From Candidatus Multivorans sp. (GTDB lineage: Bacteria; Acidobacteriota; Thermoanaerobaculia; Multivoradales; Multivoraceae): a stretch of DNA of 64,000 nt. The notes under the pieces are model-generated. The model made no database searches. It was not told the origin of the DNA and saw nothing but the letters and a program-made list of their open reading frames with translations. This document shows, in pieces, positions 47,503 through 57,230 of this stretch (positions are counted from its first letter, which is position 1; every line of letters begins with the position of its first letter). The DNA is taken from positions 4,352,001 to 4,416,000 of the forward strand of contig OZ251997.1 in the NCBI GenBank assembly GCA_965247095.1, in the 5' to 3' direction. The translations under genes were made by a program, and so were the position numbers.

Positions 47503-47599
47503 TCGGTGTCTCCGGCAAGTCCGATCTGGTGCAATGGAAAGTACCAAATGAGTAGTCGGCGCGCAAGGACTTTGGCGGCTCTCGCCGTATCCTTGGCGC

Positions 47600-48886
47600 G
47601 TGATCGAGGCATTCCGACAGCGTGCGGAGGAGATCTTCCTCGCGGGCGTGGCGGCGGCCGACCCGGTGGCGTCGACCGCTTCGGCGCTCGGCGCACTCGA
47701 TCTGCGCGTGGCGGCGGGTGGCCGCACAGCCGTGCTGGCGGTCGGAAAGGCCGCGTTCGGCATGGCGGAGGCGGCGGTGCAGGCCCTCGGGGACAGGGTC
47801 CGGCCGTCCGACGTGCTGCTCGTGACGCACGACGAGGCAGTGGGGCCGGCGGGGTTCGGGGCGCTCCGTTCGGGACACCCGCTGCCGGACGAGCGCGGTT
47901 TTGCCGCGGCAAGGGAGTTCGAGCGGCGCGCCGCGGCGCTCGGCGAGGAAGACCTGGCGCTGGTGCTGATCTCGGGCGGAGCTTCGGCTCTGCTGCCGGC
48001 GCCCGCACCGGGTATCGGGCTTGAAGAGAAGCTGGAGGTGACCCGTCAGTTGCTCCGCGGCGGCGCCACGATCCACGAACTGAACGCGGTGCGCAAGCAT
48101 CTTTCAACGACCAAGGGCGGTGGTCTGTTGCGCCAACTGCGGCCGGCGCGGGTGATCACACTCGCCCTCTCGGACGTGATCGACGACGACCCGTCGGTGA
48201 TCGGCAGCGGGCCGACGGCGCCCGATCCGAGCACCTTCGCGGATGCATACGGCGTGCTTGAGCGTTGCGGCGTGGCGCGGTCGTGCCCGGCGGCGGTTCG
48301 AACCCGGTTCGAGGCGGGAATCAGCGGCGACCTCGAAGAGACGCCCAAGCCCCGAGACCCCGTCTTCGACGGCGCGATCTACCGGATCGTCGGCGGCAAC
48401 CGGACCAGCGTCCGGGCGATGGCCGCGGCGAGCGGTTCGGCCGTCGAGATCGAACCGGCGCCCCTGGAGGGCGAAGCGCGCGAGGTCGGTGCGGCGCTCG
48501 CGAAACGCTTTGCCGCGTGTCCTCCGCCCGTCTACATCGCCGGCGGCGAGACGACGGTCACTGTCCGAGGCGGCGGCAGGGGCGGCCGCAACCAGGAGCT
48601 TGCGCTGGCCTTCGCCCTCGAGACAGCCAAGGGTTCGCTGGCCGACCGTGACGACTGGGTGTTCCTCGTCGCCGGCACCGATGGCCGCGACGGCCCCACT
48701 GACGCCGCCGGCGGCATCGTGGACGCCTCGACCGCGGCCCGCATCCAAAGGGCCGGCGTCGACCCGATCGCCGCGATCGACGACAACGACTCCTACCGTG
48801 CCCTCGATGCTGCCAACGCGTTGCTTCGCACCGGCGCGACGGGCACCAACGTCGCCGATGTGGTTGTGTTCTTGTCAGGTCTGTGA
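47600..48886 (+). CDS. Glycerate kinase class II / hydroxypyruvate reductase (DUF4147 + MOFRL)
   Basis: VGKAA--MA, GHPLPD, LISGGASAL, RKHLS--KGG, IGSGPT, GGETTV---G-GGRNQE, GTDG-DGPT and TGTNV-D. Confidence 0.92.
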   Translation: MIEAFRQRAEEIFLAGVAAADPVASTASALGALDLRVAAGGRTAVLAVGKAAFGMAEAAVQALGDRVRPSDVLLVTHDEAVGPAGFGALRSGHPLPDERGFAAAREFERRAAALGEEDLALVLISGGASALLPAPAPGIGLEEKLEVTRQLLRGGATIHELNAVRKHLSTTKGGGLLRQLRPARVITLALSDVIDDDPSVIGSGPTAPDPSTFADAYGVLERCGVARSCPAAVRTRFEAGISGDLEETPKPRDPVFDGAIYRIVGGNRTSVRAMAAASGSAVEIEPAPLEGEAREVGAALAKRFAACPPPVYIAGGETTVTVRGGGRGGRNQELALAFALETAKGSLADRDDWVFLVAGTDGRDGPTDAAGGIVDASTAARIQRAGVDPIAAIDDNDSYRALDAANALLRTGATGTNVADVVVFLSGL

Positions 48887-48929
48887 CATACGCTGGGTGC
48901 TTTGAGGGCACGTTCTGGAGGGCACTGAA

Positions 48930-51900
48930 GTGGAGAGTAGGAACGTGGCGGGCTGTGCCGGTTCGGATTCGAGAGGGCCTTTCGCCCCTCTCCTCTGGTT
49001 GGGGCTTGTCGGCTGTTCGTTGGCGATGTTCCTACCGGTGGCGCCCGCGGGCGGCATCGTCTACGTCGCGCCCGGTGACGACGTGATGGTGGACCGGACA
49101 CCGATCATCGTGTTCGGTGAAGTGCGGTCCGTGATGGCGGCCCCCGGGGCGTGGCGACCCTCCACGGACGCTTTCTTCGAGGTGGAGGAAGTGTTGAAGG
49201 GGAACGTCGCCGGCGGCACGATCGTTGTCCGGCAACCCGGGGGTGTCAGCGCGGACGGCGTGGTCTCGGGCATCTTCGGCCTGCCGATGATGGCGGCTGG
49301 CGACCGGATGCTGCTCTTCCTCGAGGAGATTCCGGATACCGGCGCCGTCGCCGCCTACCGCACGGTGGATTTGTCTCTGGGCATGTTCTTCGAGGTACGG
49401 TCGGCCGCGGGCAATCTGCTTGTGCGCGAGGCGGCGCTTCATGAGGCGGCGCCGGCGTCGAACGGTGAGGCGGATTCCGAGCCGGTGAGCCGGCAATTCC
49501 GGAGTAGCGATGACTTTCGCCGCTGGATCGGTGACCGCGTGGGCGGCGTGGAGCGAGAGGTGGACTACTTCACCGCGGCCGTTCCAGCCGACGGGCCGGT
49601 CTCCCGGATCTCGCCCTACCGGTTGATCAAGTCTCCCTCTGTATGCGACGCATCCAACCTGCCGCTTCGGTGGCAGCAGTTCGATCGTGGACGGAGCGTC
49701 GGGTTCACGATCCAGGCCGAAGGGCAGGTCGGTGTCCCGGGCAGAGGAATCGCCGAGGTAGCGCGCGCGATGCGTGCCTGGAACGACGATCCGGAGAGCC
49801 GCGTTCAGCTCGTGAATCTGGGCACCACGAACAAGAAGGCCGAGATCGCCCGAAGCGACGGTGTCAACTCGATCCTCTTCGAGGATCCGCACGACGAGAT
49901 TCGGGGCTACTTTCCCTCGACCTCAGGCATCCTGGCCATCACCCGTTACCGCTTCTTGTGCTCGGAGACGAACCGCCACAAGATCCCCGGCAACAGGTGG
50001 CAGGAGGCGTTGCCGCTCCTTGAGACCGACATCCTGACCCAGGACGGTTACGGCCAGGGCTGGGCGGCCCGGACCCTCAACGCCGGCAAGGTGCATGAGT
50101 ACGTGATGGCTCATGAGTTGGGCCATGCCATCGGCCTCGCTCATTCCTGCGCCCAGGGGTTTGCCGATACATGCAGCGCCCTGACCGCCGATTCCCTGAT
50201 GCAAGCGATCGCGAGCGGCAAGCGGATCTACCGCGGTGGCGCGCCCAACGCCGACGATCTGGCGGCCGTGCGCTTTCTCTACCCAGCGCATGGCGGACCT
50301 GCCAGTCCGTCCGATCTGACTGCCAAGACGGTCGATCAGCACAGCGTAGAACTTGCCTGGAAGGACAACTCGAACGACGAAACGGCGTTCGACATCTTCG
50401 AGCGTCCCATCAACGAGAAGGACTTCAAGCTGATCGCCAGTGTCGGGAGCAACACGACCTCCTTTGTCGTCGAAGGACTGCCGGCGGCGACCTATCGCTC
50501 CTACCGGGTGGCCTCCAGCAATGCCGGTGGACGGTCCTCGGCTACCAACGAAGCCAGCGCGGTGACGCTCGGCGAGGTGCGGGCATGCGCCGAGGATGAC
50601 CAGACTCTGTGCCTGAACGAAGGCAGGTTCCAGGTCACCGCGGAGTGGGCGACCGCGGGCGGCGGCGCCGGCGGGGGCGTCGCCGTGCCGCTGACCGCGG
50701 ACACCGGCGCCTTCTGGTTCTTCGATTCAGCCAACGTGGAGATGGTCGTCAAGGTGCTCGACGGCTGCGGTCTGAACGACCACTTCTGGGTGTTCGCCGG
50801 TGGCTTGACCGACACCCAGACCGGCGCGACGCGCACCTACGCCAACCGCCTCGGTAGCCCGTTTCGGCCCGTGAAGGACACCACCTCCTTCTCGTGTACT
50901 GCCACGGATGACCACGGCGATTCCCGTGCGGAGGCGACCGACATTCCGCTGGAAGACTCGTGGGCCGGCTTCCTGGGGGCCGGCGACACCGACTTCTTCA
51001 TCTTCCGGGTTCCCCGCGCCGGCAGGGTGCAACTCCGCACAACGGGTACGACCGATACCGAAGGTGTGCTGATGAACGCTGCCGGATCGGTCCTGGCCAG
51101 CGACTCGGACTCCGGCGCCGAGAAGAACTTCCGATTGACCGTCCCGGTGGGGCCGGGGACGTACTACGCACGCGTGACCGCCGCGGATGTCGAAACGACC
51201 GGCGTCTACACGTTGCACACGGGGTTCTCGGCCACGACCGTCATCTCCAGGCGGGACCGCGACGCGCTGATCGCGCTCTATCGGGCGACCGATGGCGACA
51301 ACTGGACCGACAAGGAGAACTGGCTGAGCAACCGCCCGCTCGACGAGTGGTACGGCGTGACCATCAGCTCGGGCGGCCGCGTGACCTGGGTCGACCTGAG
51401 CGAGAACGGGCTCAGAGGTGAGGTTCCGGCGGCGCTCGGCGATCTGGATCGACTCCGGGTGCTCGTACTGAGCGGGAACCAGTTGACTGGGGCCGATCCC
51501 CCGCGAGGTCGGCAATCTCCGCGACCTTGTGTGGCTGTTCGTGCAGTCGAACGAGTTGACAGGCGAGCTTCCGCGGGAGCTGGGCCGCCTCTCCAACCTG
51601 GTCTACCTGTACGTGTACTCGAACCGACTGACCGGCGAGATTCCAGCGGAGCTGGGGCGCCTCCCCAACCTGGCGTACCTGCGACTGGGCTTCAATGAAC
51701 TGACCGGCGGCATTCCCGGCTCGTTCCGCAACTTGAGCAGGCTGAACCTGCTGGGGGTGCGAGGCAATCGGTTGACCGGCGAGATCCCTTCCTGGCTGGG
51801 CGAACTGAGGGACATGAGGCGGCTCTGGCTCGGGGACAACGAGTTCTCTGGCGGCATTCCGCCGGCGCTCGGCAATCTGACCGACCTGGTGGCGCTGCGT

Positions 51901-52137
51901 TTGTGGTTCAACAACTTGACCGGTCCGGTGCCGCCCGAGCTCGGTCGTCTCACGGCGTTGACGGAAATCTACATCCACGGCACAGAGCTCTCGGGCCCCC
52001 TCCCGGACGAACTGCTCGACATCGGTGAACTCGCGGCGTTCTGGTTCCATGGCAGCAGCCTGTGCGCTCCGGCAACCGCCGAGTTCGACGAGTGGCTCGA
52101 CGGCATCGAAGACTGGCGGGGCGACCGCTGCGAGTAG
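48930..52137 (+). pseudogene. Frameshifted multidomain surface protein: matrixin-like Zn protease + FN3 + FWFF module + PPC-like domain + LRR
   Basis: HELGHAIGLAHS...SLM, FN3, CLNEGRF...FWFF-SANVEMVVKVLDGC, DDHGD and DRDALIALY-AT-G-NW...WYGV LRR cap. One extra G in GGGG (51489-51492) breaks LTG-PIPREVGNL; the LRR continues in the 51529..52137 frame. Could be a sequencing error. Confidence 0.78.
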
Positions 52138-52215
52138 GAGCTTGCGCGGCGGAAACCCGCGTCGTGCCGAGTTCCGGCCCCCTGGGAACGCGGGCATCCT
52201 GCCCGCATCTGGCGC
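52138..52215 (+). repeat. Dispersed REP-like element, short form (copy D)
   Basis: TAG-GAGCTTGCGCGGCGGAA, then the identical 29-bp core at 52181-52209. Lies between convergent TAG stops. Confidence 0.85.
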
Positions 52216-52222
52216 TCAGGGG

Positions 52223-53608
<1,386 letters not shown>

Positions 53609-53614
53609 CTACTA

Positions 53615-53648
53615 CCGGATGCGGGCAGGATGCCCGCGTTCCCAGGGG
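53615..53648 (-). repeat. Dispersed REP-like element, short form (copy E, inverted)
   Basis: Reverse complement of the identical 29-bp core at 53618-53646, in the divergent eno / PQQ-dehydrogenase intergenic region. Confidence 0.85.
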
Positions 53649-53702
53649 TGTCGCGGCCGCCGGCGCAGTAAGATGCGCCGGTTCCAAGAGAGGGGATTGC
53701 GC

Positions 53703-55724
53703 ATGTCCAGGGCGGCGAATGGTCTTGTTCTTGTGCTGTTCGTGTCCGTCGCCGTGCCGGCGACAGCCCAACGCGGCACGGAAGGCGGGGAGTGGCCGCA
53801 CTACGCCGGCGACAGCGGCGCCACGAAGTACTCGCCCCTGGATCAGATCGACGCCGAGAACTTCGCGCAGTTGGAGATCGCCTGGAGCTGGGAGTCGGCC
53901 GACGCCCTGCTGAAGGACAAGACCGACCTGGTGCCGGGGCACTACCGGGGCACGCCGCTGATGATCGAGGGCGTCGTCTACATGTCGACCGGCCTGGGTC
54001 AGGTGGCGGCGCTCGATCCGGCCACCGGCGAGACGCTGTGGCGGCACGATCCCCGGGACTGGGAGGTCGATCAACGACGCGGGCTGATGCAGAACCGGGG
54101 CCTCGAGTACTGGAGCGACGGCGAGGCGGCACGCATCCTGGTCGCGGCCCGAGGCGGGCGGCTGGTCTCGATCGATACGAAGACGGGCAAGCCCGACGCG
54201 GATTTCGGCGAGGAGGGCGTCGTCGACCTGATGCAGGGTCTACTGCCCGGACGCGCGAACCGAAACATGAACTGGACCGCGCCGGTGACCGTGGTTGCCG
54301 ACACCATCGTCGTCGGCGGGACGATCTTCGACTTCCCGCTGCGCAACACGAATCCGCCGGGGGACATCCGCGGCTTCGACATCAGGACCGGCGAGCTGAA
54401 GTGGACGTTCCACAGCGTGCCCCGGGAGGGCGAGCCCTACATCGAGACCTGGGAGAACGAGTCCTGGAGGAAGATGGGCAACACGAACGTCTGGTCGATG
54501 ATGAGCGCCGACCAGGAACTCGGCTACGTCTACATGCCCTTCGGCACGCCGACCAACGACTACTACGGCGGCGAGCGGCACGGCGACAACGTGTACGCCG
54601 AGTCGGTCGTCTGCCTCGATGCGCGCACCGGCGAGGTCGTCTGGCACTTCCAGACCATCCACCACGGCGTCTGGGACTACGACCTGGCTTCGGCGCCGAA
54701 CCTGATCGACATCACGGTCGACGGCAAGGACATCAAGGCGGTCGCGGTGGTCTCCAAGGCCGGCATGACCTACGTCTTCGACCGGGCCACGGGGGAACAC
54801 GTCTGGCCGATCGTCGAAGCGCCGGTCAACTACCACTCCCAGGTGCCGGGCGAGAAGCTGTCGCGCACCCAGCCGTTCACCACCCGGCCGCGGCCGTTCG
54901 AGACCCTCGGCATCGACTACGAGGACCTGATCGACTTCACGCCGGAGCTGCGGGCCGAGGCGCTGAAGGTGATCCGGGACTACGTGATCGGCCCGCTCTT
55001 CACGCCGCCGATCATCCACGGCGAGGACGGCAAGCGCGCCTACCTCCAGAACCCGGGCCCCGGCGGCGGCGCGAACTGGACCGGCGCGTCCTACGACCCG
55101 GAGACCGACATCCTCTACGTGCCTTCGCTGACCCGGCCCGGGGCGATCTCGCTCTCGGCGCCCGACGCGGCGCGCTCGGACTGGCGGTACGTCATCAACC
55201 GTCGCGCCATGCCCCTGGTGCAGGGCCTGCCCCTGCTCAAGCCGCCGTACCGCCGGATCACCGCGATCGACATGAACCGCGGCGAGATCGTGTGGCAGGC
55301 GCCGCTCGGGGACGGCCCGCGCAACCACCCGGCGATCAGGCATCTGAACCTGGGCCGCCTGGGCACGCCGCCGCAGGACGGGGTCGTCACCGAGGGCGGC
55401 GTGCTGGTGACCAGGACGCTGGTCGTCTCCATTGAGCCGATCCTCGACGAACTGGGCGACCGGGCGGCCACCGGCAGCTACCTCGACGCCTTCGACAAGG
55501 CGACCGGGGCACTGCTGGCCCAGGTCGAGGTCGACCGCGCCCTCCACAGCTCGCCGATGACCTACATGCACGAGGGCCGCCAGTACATCCTCGTCGCCAG
55601 CGGCGGCGAGAGCCCGGGCCCCGGCGTACCCGTCGAAGCCACGGCCGCCGTCGACGCAGCGCCGCGGCCCAAGCGCCAGCCCCCACGCAAATCCGAACTG
55701 CTCGCCTTCGCGTTGCCTGAATAG
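53703..55724 (+). CDS. PQQ-dependent dehydrogenase (glucose/quinate/shikimate-like, no membrane domain), secreted
   Basis: EWPHYAGD---TKYSPLDQI, TPLMI-G, ALDPATGE-LW, PGDIRGFD--TG---W, HHGVWDYD, GGGANW and PMTY---GRQYI. Start ATG 53703. Confidence 0.88.
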   Translation: MSRAANGLVLVLFVSVAVPATAQRGTEGGEWPHYAGDSGATKYSPLDQIDAENFAQLEIAWSWESADALLKDKTDLVPGHYRGTPLMIEGVVYMSTGLGQVAALDPATGETLWRHDPRDWEVDQRRGLMQNRGLEYWSDGEAARILVAARGGRLVSIDTKTGKPDADFGEEGVVDLMQGLLPGRANRNMNWTAPVTVVADTIVVGGTIFDFPLRNTNPPGDIRGFDIRTGELKWTFHSVPREGEPYIETWENESWRKMGNTNVWSMMSADQELGYVYMPFGTPTNDYYGGERHGDNVYAESVVCLDARTGEVVWHFQTIHHGVWDYDLASAPNLIDITVDGKDIKAVAVVSKAGMTYVFDRATGEHVWPIVEAPVNYHSQVPGEKLSRTQPFTTRPRPFETLGIDYEDLIDFTPELRAEALKVIRDYVIGPLFTPPIIHGEDGKRAYLQNPGPGGGANWTGASYDPETDILYVPSLTRPGAISLSAPDAARSDWRYVINRRAMPLVQGLPLLKPPYRRITAIDMNRGEIVWQAPLGDGPRNHPAIRHLNLGRLGTPPQDGVVTEGGVLVTRTLVVSIEPILDELGDRAATGSYLDAFDKATGALLAQVEVDRALHSSPMTYMHEGRQYILVASGGESPGPGVPVEATAAVDAAPRPKRQPPRKSELLAFALPE

Positions 55725-55778
55725 CGTCGCCGGAGTCGGAGTCGACGACGGCGGCGTGGCGCGGTTGTGCCGCCGGCG

Positions 55779-57182
55779 CTACGCGGTGAGGCCGGCCAGC
55801 GGGCCGACGAGGTCGATGTAGTCGCCGCGCTGGCCGTAGGTGTGGCTGAGGCCGACGCGGTCGATGTCGAGGCCCATGGCGCGGGCGACGCTGACGAGGA
55901 GTCGCTGGTGGGGGATGCCGGCGAACTTCGTTGTGCCGCCCGGCAGGAGCTGGATCGGAACCCGCATCTCGGCGGGCGTGTTGTGGGGCCAGTACATGTA
56001 GCGGCCGCCCTTGAAGGCCCAGGCGCCGCCGATGAGCACGGGGCAGTAGTGGCGGTAGCCGTGCCAGCCGTCTCCAAGTTCGGAGCCCCAGACGATCAGG
56101 GTGTTGTCCATCAGTGAGCCGCCGCCGGCATCCGGGATCGCCTCGAGCGTGCTGACGAGCCGCGCGACCTGCTCGGCGTGGAACTCGACGTAGTCCGTCA
56201 TCGCGGCGTGCTTGCGCGCGTCGTCGTGGATGTAGTGGGCGATGCCCTTGTGCACCTTGTCGCTGATGTGGTCGGCCCCGAACTCGGCGGTCGGCATCTC
56301 GCCGAGCGAGAACGAGACGACGCGGGTGATGTCGCAACTGAAGGCCGCGGCGATGGTGTCGACGAAGGCGTCGAACTGCAGGTCGTAGCGGTCGAACGAG
56401 GCGGCCGGCCGCGGCGGCGCCTCGCAGGAGAGAGTCGCGAGACCCTCGAGCCGTCGCCCAAGCCGATCGACGAGCCCGAAGTGGGACTCGAGCCGGGCGC
56501 GGTCGTTGGCGTCGAAGCGCGCGGCCACGGCACGGTACTCCTGGTAGGCGAAGTCGAGCGTGCTGCGGCGATAGGCGCCGACCTTGTCGCCGGATGAGGC
56601 CGGCCCGAACACCCGGTTCCAGGCCCGCAGCGGCGTGTTCTCAGCCGGCAGGCGAACGCCGCCGCTGTTGTAGCTGATGGGCCGACCCGCCTCGAGCGCC
56701 GCATCGACGCTGACTTCCAGCGAAGGCAGCCGGTCGGGCCGCGCGATGTGCACCGCGACGAGCTGGTCAAGCGAAGCGGAGGTGGAGCGCGTGTCGCGGG
56801 AGGAGAAGTCGGCGGTGTTGCCGGTCCAGGCGTGAACCCAGCCGCGGTCGTGCCGGTTGCCGCCGACGTCGAGCTCGGCGGTCGCCAGGGAGAGGCCGTC
56901 GAGCGCGAGCACGCGGCGCCGGTGCTCGTAGAGCGGCGCCAGCGGCTTGCTGAACGCGGACTTGGGCAACGGTTCCAGGTCGAGCGCCCAGGGCGCCGCT
57001 TCGGAGGCGCCCTCCGGACGCATCCTCCAGGTGGCGTAGGGCCAGCCGTGGCAGTGGCTGATCAGGATCAGCCGCCGCGTCTGTTCGGGGCTCTGGGCCA
57101 GGGCGCGCAGCGCGCCGCCGGGCCATCCGGCGCCAAGCGCGGTGAGCCCTCCGAGCTGAAGGAGGTGGCGTCGCGTGATCAT
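55779..57182 (-). CDS. DUF1552 family protein, Tat-exported
   Basis: TRRHLL twin-arginine signal, SLDQLVA, ISY---G--LP-ENTP--AW-RVFG, AFSCDITRV and SLMDNTLIVWGSELG. Confidence 0.83.
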   Translation of the reverse strand: MITRRHLLQLGGLTALGAGWPGGALRALAQSPEQTRRLILISHCHGWPYATWRMRPEGASEAAPWALDLEPLPKSAFSKPLAPLYEHRRRVLALDGLSLATAELDVGGNRHDRGWVHAWTGNTADFSSRDTRSTSASLDQLVAVHIARPDRLPSLEVSVDAALEAGRPISYNSGGVRLPAENTPLRAWNRVFGPASSGDKVGAYRRSTLDFAYQEYRAVAARFDANDRARLESHFGLVDRLGRRLEGLATLSCEAPPRPAASFDRYDLQFDAFVDTIAAAFSCDITRVVSFSLGEMPTAEFGADHISDKVHKGIAHYIHDDARKHAAMTDYVEFHAEQVARLVSTLEAIPDAGGGSLMDNTLIVWGSELGDGWHGYRHYCPVLIGGAWAFKGGRYMYWPHNTPAEMRVPIQLLPGGTTKFAGIPHQRLLVSVARAMGLDIDRVGLSHTYGQRGDYIDLVGPLAGLTA

Positions 57183-57230
57183 CGGCCTTCTCTTCGTCAG
57201 TTCCCGTGGGCTGTCGGCGTGGCGGTCATC

